This document shows positions 1 to 12,000 of a stretch of 32,621 nt of DNA, in pieces (positions within the stretch are counted from its first letter, which is position 1; the number at the start of each line of letters is the position of its first letter). Both the position numbers and the translations under genes were made by a program. The DNA is from Reclinomonas americana ATCC 50394. Lineage: Eukaryota. Below the pieces are notes generated by a model. The model was not told the DNA's origin. It saw nothing but the letters and a program-made list of their open reading frames with translations, and did not search any database. The stretch is taken from assembly GCA_048213135.1 (NCBI GenBank), contig PS015082.1, positions 292,344 to 324,964 on the forward strand. Reading direction: 5' to 3'.

Positions 1-3000
1 GCTGGCCGGTTCCACGCTGCTCACCATTCGCGGCGTCTCCTTCAGCGACAACCGATTCTCCACCGCCAATGAAGTGTGGATTGGCGGCGTGCCGTGCATT
101 CTGCAACAGCAGTACACCTCGAGCACCATGCTGGTGTGCTCGACGCCGGCCTTTGCCGACTCGGTCGACAGCAAACCCCAAGCGGTCACTGTGCGCGTCA
201 ACAAGCAGACGTACGCCACATGCGACGTGACGGGCGGCAGTGCAGCCTGCCTCTTCACCCCACGCTTCCGCGTCACCCCGATCGTGTACGAGATCTATCC
301 GTCGGCGGCGGTGCCTGGCGACACGGTGCAGTTCCGCGCACGCACCTTCACCGACTCACTTGCCGACATTCAGCTGCTGACGCTCGGCGGCGAGCGGTGC
401 CTGCCGGTCAGCGAAACCTCGACGCAATCGTTCCCGCTGCGCTGGGGCTTCAACAGTCGCGACTACTCCTACACGCCACTGTCGGCGCTGCCCGACAACC
501 TCCTGCAGTATGCCGACGCCTCTCCCATGTGCATGACTCCCGATCAGGCGGGTGGCCGTGTGGATGTGGCGCTCGCCATTGCTGGTCGCGGTATGGCGTC
601 GCTGGCCTCCTCGGCCATTCGTTACGGCTCCGGCAATGTCGCCTTTTCGTTTGCATCGGGTTTGTGCACCACCACCTCAGTTACTGTTGATTTCTCTGGC
701 CTCCTGACTTGTTGTGTGTCTCTCTCTCAGTTCCCGAAGTCCGCTCGGTGACACCGGCGACCGGCGGCGACCTCGGCGGCACTCTGCTCACCGTGCAGGG
801 CGTCGGGTTCACGCCGACGGGCGCCAATATGGCCGTCGATGTGTCGGGCTCGCCTTGCGATATTGTCAGCGTCAGTGACACGACGCTGGTGTGCCGCACT
901 GGCGCCGCCTCGCAGATGATCACGTCGATCGAGGGTCGCTACATGTCGGGTCGCGGCTTCCTGCGCGAGGTGTGGACCAACATCCCCGGCAAGTCGGTGG
1001 CCGACTTGCGCGCAGCAGCCTCCTTCGTTGCCGGCACTCCCAACGCTGTCGAATACGTTCTCGATCAGCTGCGCGCGGAGCCGCGTATCGATGCCACCGA
1101 CAACAAGAATTACGGCCAGCGTATGACAGGGTTCTTCACGAGCCAGGCCACCGGCTTGCACCAGTTCATTCTCACCGGCGACGACAGTGCCGAGTTGTGG
1201 ATGAATGTGCAGGGTGCGTCGCCGTCGGGTGCCACGCTGGTGGCCTCGTTGACGGCGCCGGCCATCAGTCCGTGGGATCGTACCGACCAGGCATCGCAGC
1301 CGATTCAGCTCGTTGCCGGGCAGCGGTACTGGATGCAGGTGTTGCACAAGCAGGATGCCAATGGCGACGGTTTCGTCCGCGTGCTTGTGCGCACGCCGTC
1401 TAGCGTGCAGCTGCCGCGCAGTATCGCTGCCGTGCAGGAGGTCGCGCTCACCACGACGGTGGTGCGCGAGGTGCAGACGGTGACTGCCACGGGCGCGTCT
1501 GGCGGCACCTTCCAGCTGGCTCAGAACGACAANNNNNNNNNNNNNNNNNNNNNNNNNNNNNNNNNNNNNNNNNNNNNNNNNNNNNNNNNNNNNNNNNNNN
1601 NNNNNNNNNNNNNNNNNNNNNNNNNNNNNNNNNNNNNNNNNNNNNNNNNNNNNNNNNNNNNNNNNNNNNNNNNNNNNNNNNNNNNNNNNNNNNNNGCCAC
1701 TGGCATTGAATGCAATCGGTCCCGACTCTGCATCAAGGCACGCGCACGTGAGATAGGCGGTCTCTCTTTCCTGTGGCATGCACAACAGCTAGCTCGCAAC
1801 TCNNNNNNNNNNNNNNNNNNNNNNNNNNNNNNNNNNNNNNNNNNNNNNNNNNNNNNNNNNNNNNNNNNNNNNNNNNNNNNNNNNNNNNNNNNNNNNNNNN
1901 NNNNNNNNNNNNNNNNNNNNNNNNNNNNNNNNNNNNNNNNNNNNNNNNNNNNNNNNNNNNNNNNNNNNNNNNNNNNNNNNNNNNNNNNNNNNNACCGACG
2001 TGAAGACTGTGCTGGAGCGCGACTTCCCCGAGCTCGGCACGGTGTCGGTCGACAAGGACACCACCTCCACACCCGGTTCCACCCTGTGGACCATCACTTT
2101 CGAGGATCCACTGCCGCTGAACCTGCAAGAGCGAGCCATCTTCTCTCCCGTCACTGCCTCCCTCCTGCCGGCGCAAGCCACGGTGGGCGTGGTGCGCAAC
2201 CGCCCGCCCTCCGCCCCCCTCGGTGGCACCTGGTCACTGACGTTTGCCGGACGCACGCTGTCGGGACTGGCGCCAGGCGTCTCGGCCGCCATGCTCGAGG
2301 TGCAACTGGAACAATTCTACGCCGCCGATGTTGCATACAACGTGTCGGTGTCGCGCATCGGAAACGGTCTCGACAGTGCCACCTTCCGCATCACCTTCAA
2401 CAACCTCACCGGCACCGTGCCACTCGTTGCCGTCACAAGCTCCCGTCTGACTGGTACCGACGCGGTGGGCGTGTCGCGCCCTGTCGTGTCGGCGTCGACC
2501 GACACGCTGACCACAATCAACGGTGATTTCATGGAGCTGGCGTACCAGGTGCCCAGTGTGCGTGTCCGCGTCAATGGCGTTCTCGGCGCCTGCCGCGGCT
2601 CCGCCAACTGCGCCTTCACGTACGACGCTGCTTTGACTCCACGAGTGGATCTCGTCCTCGGCAGCGATTCGGGAGCTGGTCAGGTCAGTCGGGAGAGAGA
2701 GAGAGAGAGCGCGCAAGTACTCGCTTTCGCACAAAATCTCATCGTCGTCCCCCTTCACACAGTTGCTTGTTATTCGTGGCAACTTCAGTGCCCGACCCGC
2801 CGACAACCGCGTGGTCATTGATGGTGTCGACTGCGCCATGTCGTCGTCGACAGCCACCGAGCTGCAGTGCACCACGGTGCAGTCGGGCGGTGGTCGGCAT
2901 CTGATCAAGGTCTACGTGGCTCCATTCGGCCTCGCCTCTGGCCAGTTCTACTTCTCGTTCGCCCCCAGTATCACCTCGGTCAGTCCGTCCGTTGGCGGTA

Positions 3001-6000
3001 TGCTGGGCGGCACCGATGTGGTTATCCGCGGCAACGGGTTTGCTCGTTTGGCCGCGAACAATCTGGTCACCATTGGCCAGATTCCGTGCCAGGTGCTCGA
3101 GGCGCAGCCCGATCGCCTCTTCTGCCGCACCGGTGCGTCGTCGACGGCCGGTGACGCCATTGTGAGTGCGGCAATCGCCGGTGTGACCACTGCCACCGCT
3201 CCTGCCGGCACATTCGCCTATGCGGCAAATGCCACTCCGACTGTCACCGACGTGTCGCCACAGTCGGGCTCGGCGGCCAGCACATCGGTGGTGCTGACGG
3301 TCACCGGTACTGGCTTCGATTCGAGTGTGCTGGCCAACAATGTGTTGACTGTGGGCACGGGCGCCAGCACACAGCAATGCACTGTGCTCACCGCGACACC
3401 CTCGCGCTTCACCTGCTCACTGCCGGCTCTCGGCGTGGGACAGTACGCCCTGTCAGTGCGGGTCGCCGGACGTGGTTCGGCCGACGTGCAGAATCGACAG
3501 TACACGGCCAGCTTCGCCATCGGCGCCATTTCGCCGCGCACGGGTAGCGTGAACGGTGGGCAGACCATCACCATCGACGGCGGCGTGTTCTCCAACGCCG
3601 GTACCAATATCACCGGCGTGCCGGAGGTCGTGTCACTCGGCGGAGTGCTCTGCAACCTCGTGTCGGTCTCGGCCAATCGCATCCTGTGCCAGACGCCGGC
3701 GCAAGCAGAGTCGACGGGACCGTTGAGCTTGAGCGCCAACGGCATCAGTGCCCAGTGCGCTGACGTGCCGGCCGACACTGGCGTACAGCCGTGCGCCTAC
3801 ACCTTCAGCCTCGCGTCCACTCCACGTGTGACAGCCATCAGCTCGACACTGGTGCGCACCAACGATGTGGTCACCCTCACAGGCTCCCTGTTCGCCACCG
3901 ACCCTACGTCCAACACTGTTCTCATCGGCACGTCGCCCTGTGCGGTACTGACGGCCTCGGCAACCAGCCTCACCTGCCGTGTGTCCAGCGGCAGCGCCAC
4001 GGCACGCCGCCTGTCGGTCAGTGTTCTTGTCGCCGGCCTCGGCTACGCCTCCACTTCGGCTTCTGCGCAGTACGCTGTCGTCGGTATGTGTGCATACATG
4101 CGCATGGTGTCGACTATTTCTTTCTTCTAAGCTGGTCGCCCACAGTCACTGGCGTGTCGCCGTCGTCGGGCGCCTCCTCCGGCGGCAACATTGTCACCAT
4201 TGTCGGCGAAGGCTTCTCGACAACCCTCTTGAAGAACACGGTCATGTTTGGCGCCACTGCCTGCACGGTGACACAGGCGGCCACCGATCGCTTGGTTTGC
4301 CGCACATCGGCTGGCTCCACCTCCGACGCTGGCAACACGGTGGTGACAGTGGACGGCGTGCAGGCGCTGTGTGGCAAGCCCGAGTGCTTGTACACGCCGC
4401 TGGCCGACTCGGCTCCGGTGGTCACCTCGGTGACGCCGGCCTCGGGTGGTCCAGGCACGCAGTTGTTGATCGACGGCGAGAATTTTGGCACCAACAAGTC
4501 GAGTTTGCACGTGTATCTGGGCGACACCGAGTGCACGATCGGCGACGCTGATTCGACGCACATTGAGTGCACAGTTGGACAGGTGTCGCAAGGAAGCCTG
4601 CCGGTGCGCGTCCTCATTGACGGTGTCGGCGAGGCCAGCTCCACCACCACCTTCCTCGTCCAGTTCTCCATTGGTTCTGTCACTGGCACACTCACTGGCA
4701 GCTACGCCGGCGGAACCGCCATCACCATTGCCGGCTCGGGTTTCAGCGGGAGTGCGACCGCCGTGCGCATCTGCGGCTGGCCATGCCGCAACATGCAGGC
4801 CACATTCTCCACCATTGTCTGCGACACGCCGCGCTTGATCAATGCCTTTTCCGTCACACAGTACGGGTTTGGCACGCCGGGTGCAGTGCTTGCTGGTACG
4901 CCTATTCGGTCGTCGGGCGGCGACCAGACCTCGTCGGCGTTGGCGGCATTTGACAGTGACATTTCTGGCGTGTTCACCGCCTCCGGCTCCAACTCGTTTG
5001 TCGGTCTCGACGTGGGCCAAGATTTGGAGGCCGTGCTCACCTCCATTCGCTTCCACCCGGCGGTGACTGCCGACTCGACGGGCGTCGACTCCATGCTCAA
5101 CGGCGTGTTCGAGTCGTCAGCCGACGGCCTCTCCTGGTCCACCATGGCGGTGCGCGTCTCCGAGACATTCTCTCTCTCTGTATTTTCTCTTGTCACTCAC
5201 ATCGCCATTCTGTGTGTTTGTTGTTAGACCATCACTGTCACACCATTCACCAACTGGAACACGATCCGCATGGCTTCGTCGACGCCGGTGACGGCTCGCT
5301 ACTTCCGCTACCGTGGAGCGCAGAAGACCATGGTGGCCGAGATCGAGTTCCGTGGCCTGCTGCGCAGCTCGCGGAACGACGGTCGCTGCCCGATTCGCAT
5401 CTCGGCCGGCTCGCAGTCGGCGCTGACGGCCTCCCAGACGTTTGTGTACTCAGCGGCACAGACACCAGTAATCACGCAAATGACACCCAACCGTGGCTTG
5501 GCGATCGGCGGCACACGTTTGACGCTCACTGGCACCAACTTGTCGACAGCCTCCAACGGCATCGCAGTCACCATTGGTGGCGTAGCGTGCCAAGTGGCTC
5601 AATCGACCAGCACGCAAATTGTGTGTCTGACGGCAGCTCGTAACAACAGTGCGCCGAATCAGCGCTTGGTGGTGCTCTCGGACGGCCGTCGTGCAGCACT
5701 TGCCGCGGGCGTCTCGTTCGCATACATGGATTTGTGGTCGTCGCCTGCGACGTGGCCGTCGGGCGCGGTACCAGTGGCCGGCCAGTCGGTGACCATTCCG
5801 GCCGGGCAGTCGATTCTGCTCGACCAGTCCACGGGCCTTCTCGGTACCGTCACAGTGGCGGGTGAATTGGTGTTCGACCGCAAGGATCTCAACATGGATG
5901 CGATCCTCATCCTGGTTCCTGCCGGTGGCCGCTTGGAGATCGGCACGGAGGCGGAGCCGTTTGTGCAGCGTGTCACCATCACTCTGTACGGGCAGCGTCA

Positions 6001-9000
6001 GGCCAGTGATCGTGGCGTGGCTCCCTTTGGCAACAAGGCGATTGGCGTGGACTCGGGCATTCTCGAGCTGCACGGCGCAGTTCCACTCATCACCTGGGCG
6101 CCACTCGGATCCTCGGTCGCCGTCGGTGCCACCAGCATCACTCTGGCGAATTCTGTCACGTGGTCGGCCGGCCAGTCCATCGTCATTGCGCCGAGCGGAT
6201 TCGCTAGCACCGAGGCCGAGCAGCGCACCATCACGGCCGTGTCGGCCGACGGGCGCGTCCTCACCTTGGATACGCCGCTGACGTACGCGCATTACGGAGC
6301 CATTGAGGATGTGACTGGCGACGGCAACGCCGCCGGCCAGTTGGACATGCGTGCGGAAGTGGGCTTGCTGTCGCGCAACATTGTCATTCAGGGCGATGTT
6401 GACTCTTCGGAGGCCGACCAGTACGGCGCACATGTCATGTTCATCTCGACGGCCGGCGACAATGGTGCGATTGGTCGCATTGAGGGTGTGGAGCTGCGAC
6501 GAGTGGGTCAGTCGAACGGTACCGGCCGCCATCCGATCTACTTTAACCAGATCGGCGACGTCAGCCAGTCCTACGTGCGCAACTGCTCGATCTACAACAG
6601 CTACAGCCGCGGTCTGGTGATGCAAGCGGTCAACAATCTCTCTGTCGTGAACAATGTGGCCTACAGTTGCGCACTCCTTTTCTCCTTCCCCCCTCCTGTT
6701 CGTCTCCCTCCTCTCACAGCACTCATTGACGCCTCGCACAGACATTCGTGGTCATGCATTCTGTCTGCATGACGGCGCCGAAAGGGGGAACGTCCTCACC
6801 GGCAACTTGGCCATTCGCGTGCGCTCGTCGACCTCGCTGGAGGAGAGCGACTTGCTGGCTTCCGGTTTCTACGTGACCAGCCCGACAAATACGCTCAATT
6901 TCAACGCGGTCGGCGGTGCGGGTGGATTCGGCTTCTGGTACAACCCGCCGGAGAGTCCTCTCGGCCCGTCGTACGTGCCCAACGCCTGCCCCGTCAACGA
7001 TCCGCTTCTGGTTTTCAGCAACAACTCGGCACACTCGTGCGCATGGTCTGGCTTGCGCATCTCGGATCGTTACGATCCGCGCCAGCAACCGTGCATCGGC
7101 GGCAGCTACACCGACAACCCCGCAGTGCCGGCCACCTTCACCTCGTTCACGGCCTACAAGAACCAGCGCAACGGCCTGATGGCCTTCAGCGTCGGCGCCG
7201 CCACCTTTGTGGACTTCCGTGTCGCAGAGAACCGCCTGGCTGGCTTGGAGGTTATTCGCGCCACGGGTCCGGCCGGCTCCACTCGCTTTGTGAACGCCAT
7301 CTCCGTCGGTCTTACCAAGAACGACGTCGGCGGTCACAACGCAGACTTCAACCCGGTGGGCATCCGCACTGCGCAGAGTGAGGGATTCCGTGTTGACGGA
7401 GTGACGTTGGTGAACTGGAGTGCCAGCAATGTGGTGGCGCTTCAGTCGTGTGCGCAGTGCGCCTCCACCGATTTCCGCAGCAACGGCGCCTTCACCACGA
7501 TTTTCACCGGTGTGCGCTGGATCAACACCTCTCGTCGCATCCAGTGGGGTCCACTGCGCAAGGACATCTACAAGAGCGAGGACAACACTCTCATCCCGTC
7601 GGTGCCGCAGGCCACCGTGACGCCCAACTGGCCGCACTTGCGGGTGACGAACTGCACGGTGAATGCCGATCTCGACGACTCCCTGGTGTGCGCCAGCTCG
7701 GTGACGATTCGTCGCATGAGCATGTGGAATCTGCAGCCGTTTGCGGCGCTCAACGGCCAGCCGTTGCTCATCTCACGCAATGGCGACGTGTCAAGCGTTC
7801 CGTTCCAGTCGCAGTCCAACCCCTCCAATGGCTACGCCATTGGCATGGCCATGGGCGAGTCGTACACGGTGGGCTTTGACGGCGCCCTGGACTGGACGTT
7901 CTTCAACATGCGGTTCGACTCGCTGGCCGCCGCCGACACGCTCAAGCTGCGATTGCCTTACAGTGGCTTCCGCACCAACTTGCTGGTCGACACGGACAAC
8001 ATTTTGCGCTCTTCCAGCTCGCAGACCGACGTCGACAAGTCCACGGCCAAGCACGGCGTCTTCTTCCACAACACCGATCAGCGTTACATTGATGTGCGCA
8101 TTTCGGGCACGGGCCCCGGCACGCCGCTTCTCACCATGTACTCGGACCTGTGCCCGACAAGTGTGTGCTCGACGGCGCCGGAGGATGGCTCGCAGGCGGT
8201 GACGCGCCGCTGGAGCAATGTCGGCACGTGGCCCACGGGCACACTGCCGGACACGGAGGACTACGTGCTCATCCCAAGCGGTGAGACCGTTCTGTACGAC
8301 CTGCTGTCATCGCCAGTGTTCGCCACGGTCGAAGTGCGCGGCACGCTCACATTCGACTCGACGTTTGCCACGCTCAACACCAAGCGCATGTGGATCAATG
8401 GCGGCACGGTGAATGTGGGCACGGCGACGGAGCCGTGGCCGTTCCGCGGTGGCATTATGCTGTACGGCACCGAGCAGGGCAATGCCTCGCCGGCCTCGGT
8501 GAATGCCAGCGAAGCTCCAATTCCAGCAAAGACCATTCTCAACGCAGGCACCCTGGCCATTTACGCTCTTCCGCCGAGGTGTGTAATTGCTTCATTTGTT
8601 CACTCGATGTGGTCTCGTCTCCTCAAGCTGCCTCTCTCTCTCTCGCAGCCACTCGTTCTCCAAGTTGGCTCTGGATGCATCGCCAAAGGACAGCGTCATC
8701 CAAGTCGTCGATGCTGTGCAGTGGTTGCCTGGCGACACCATCATTATTGCGTCGTCTGAGCAGGCAGCCGACCAGGCCGAGCGTCGCATGATCATGTCGG
8801 TGGCTAAGGGTGCGGGTGGCGTTACGTCTTTGGCCCTCGATCAACCGTTGCAGTACCGACACCAGGTACGACCCTTCTCTATGAAGCAGGCAAACATTTC
8901 TGCGAGTGACACTCATGATCCATTGTGTATGCAGGGATCGCTTGTGCGCGCAGGCACGGCCAGCATGGATACGCGGGCCGAGGTTGCACTGCTGAAGCGC

Positions 9001-12000
9001 TCGTTCACCATCCAGAACGGTGACAATGCCGACACGGTCCGCTGCAATGTCATCACTCTCGGCGCGGCCACCACCACCCTGTCCAATGTGGCATTGACCG
9101 GCTGCGGCGGTGATCAGCGTCCGGCGTTGCGCTTCCTCGGTGTGTCATCGGCGTCGCAAGTCGTCGGTTCGCTGGTCAATCTGAGCGGCGGCATCGCCCT
9201 GGACATTGAGTCGAGTGCCGGCGTTGTTGTGCGCTCGAGTGTCTTTGCCGGCAGTGTTGGCAGCACGGTGCGCGTCACCGGCCTCGCCAACATTCTCACC
9301 AACAACCTGTCGCTGGGCGCCACGGCACCCACGCCGGCTGCCAACTCGCCTGCGGCTGTGGTGGCTTCGTACGAGATTCTGTCGCCCACCACATTCGCCG
9401 ACAACATTGCCGCCGGTTCCACTGGCATCGGCTACCTGGGTGTCTTCGACTCGTGCACGTCACCGACACCACTGATGGGTGCGGTGACGGTCCATTCGTC
9501 GGCACACGGCGTGTTCGTGTTGCCGACTGATGAGCAGCAGAGCTGCATCGCCGTGCGCAGCGTCAATGCCTTCTCCAACCGCGTGGCTGGCGTGTACGCC
9601 AACGTGCGTGCCAATGTGATTGTCACCGACAGTCGCCTCGTCGGCAACCAGAATGGCGTCGTCCTCATGCACGCCGATCTCGGCGACTCGCGCAACAACA
9701 TGCAAGTGTTGAACACGATTGTGCTCGGCAGGTGAGTGTGTCGTTTGCGCTTGCTTTTCCCTGCCAGACGAAAATCTCCTTGTTTCTAAATCACGGGTTC
9801 TCGCCTTTGCTGCAGTCGCGGACCGACCGAGTGCAACAGCAATGTGGGCATTCGATCGGCGTCGTTCACCAATGGCCTCAAGGTGTGTGTCTCCGTCTCC
9901 GCAAGGTGACTTTGTTTCTCCGTCTCACTCCCTCACTTTGTTTTGCGTGCCCCAAATGAACAGGGTCTTCCGTCGGCCATGCCCGCGCAGACTGAAACAT
10001 GGCTGATGCCGGCCGGCACGGCGGCGATTGACGGCCAGTTCAACCTGAAGGCAGTGACATTTGGCAACTTTTTCGACAGCTCCACGGCCTGCGCCAGCAC
10101 CAGCCGTGCGTTTGCCAACAACAAGTGGGCGCGCGATTCGTTCCACAAGCACACATTTGAGGGCATCACGTGGCTCCCTACTGTTGATGAGGCCGCCAAG
10201 TTCCTGCTGCAGTCCAGTGGCTCGACGTTGCGTGCGACATGACACGACAGGTCTCCGTATGCTGACTCTGCTCACTCGCTGCTTTCCCCGCACTCAGTGG
10301 CGATGCCACGACGGGAGTCGTGTTGTGGGATCTCGATGGCTCGTTGGTGGGCTCTGCCATGTCTACACCCGCCACCAAGGCATTCGTGGTCTCCAACAAC
10401 CCCACGCTGGCGGATGGCCAGCGATGCCAATCAGTTTCGAGTTGGAACGCATTCAAGGTCAGTACCTACCTGATGACGCACAGCGCGTGTTGGCTGACCT
10501 GACCACCTCGATGCAGTGCGCGAATTTGAGCTACGTGCGTGTGCTGTTGCACAACCTGGACTCGGATGGCGAGAGCCNNNNNNNNNNNNNNNNNNNNNNN
10601 NNNNNNNNNNNNNNNNNNNNNNNNNNNNNNNNNNNNNNNNNNNNNNNNNNNNNNNNNNNNNNNNNNNNNNNNNNNNNNNNNNNNNNNNNNNNNNNNNNNN
10701 NNNNNNNNNNNNNNNNNNNNNNNNNNNNNNNNNNNNNNNNNNNNNNNNNNNNNNNNNNNNNNNNNNNNNNNNNNNNNNNNNNNNNNNNNNNNNNNNNNNN
10801 NNNNNNNNNNNNNNNNNNNNNNNNNNNNNNNNNNNNNNNNNNNNNNNNNNNNNNNNNNNNNNNNNNNNNNNNNNNNNNNNNNNNNNNNNNNNNNNNNNNN
10901 NNNNNNNNNNNNNNNNNNNNNNNNNNNNNNNNNNNNNNNNNNNNNNNNNNGAGACGTGCGGCCGCGTCCAAGGACGACGACGCCACTCCAATGTTCATGT
11001 CGATGACAACAGACGGTAGCGCCTGCAGAGCCGTCACCGGTGCGCTGAATGTGGTGACAAATGTGCTCTTCCACGTCGTGGCGTCAAAGCTGTTGGTGCC
11101 ACCGACATCCACCACTGTAGGGCGCGTGCTCTTCCACGGCTGCGCCTTGCCTCCGCTAAACACTCGCACGACCGTCGGCGACGAGTACTGCACAGTGGTC
11201 AGCAGCAGATCGCCCTGCTGCGCATCGCGGAGCGCCAGGCGAAGGTTGGCCGGTGTGGCGCCCGCCAGCGAGAGCTGCAGGTCGCTGCCAGACGGCACCG
11301 TGAACGTGAACATGGGTGCCACAGAGCCGTCGCTCTGCGCCGTGGGACCGGTGACAATGAGCGGCTTCGGATCGCCGCCCGACGGCAGCACCACGGCCAG
11401 CGTGAGCGGTCCAACGACACGNNNNNNNNNNNNNNNNNNNNNNNNNNNNNNNNNNNNNNNNNNNNNNNNNNNNNNNNNNNNNNNNNNNNNNNNNNNNNNN
11501 NNNNNNNNNNNNNNNNNNNNNNNNNNNNNNNNNNNNNNNNNNNNNNNNNNNNNNNNNNNNNNNNNNNNNNNNNNNNNNNNNNNNNNNNNNNNNNNNNNNN
11601 NNNNNNNNNNNNNNNNNNNNNNNNNNNNNNNNNNNNNNNNNNNNNNNNNNNNNNNNNNNNNNNNNNNNNNNNNNNNNNNNNNNNNNNNNNNNNNNNNNNN
11701 NNNNNNNNNNNNNNNNNNNNNNNNNNNNNNNNNNNNNNNNNNNNNNNNNNNNNNNNNNNNNNNNNNNNNNNNNNNNNNNNNNNNNNNNNNNNNNNNNNNN
11801 NNNNNNNNNNNNNNNNNNNNNNNNNNNNNNNNNNNNNNNNNNNNNNNNNNNNNNNNNNNNNNNNNNNNNNNNNNNNNNNNNNNNNNNNNNNNNNNNNNNN
11901 NNNNNNNNNNNNNNNNNNNNNNNNNNNNNNNNNNNNNNNNNNNNNNNNNNNNNNNNNNNNNNNNNNNNNNNNNNNNNNNNNNNNNNNNNNNNNNNNNNNN

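Noticed and set aside
727-9716. Many long antisense or alternate-frame ORFs over gene 1, and likewise over genes 6 and 7
   Set aside because: These are shadow ORFs expected from GC-rich codon usage and contain no recognisable motifs
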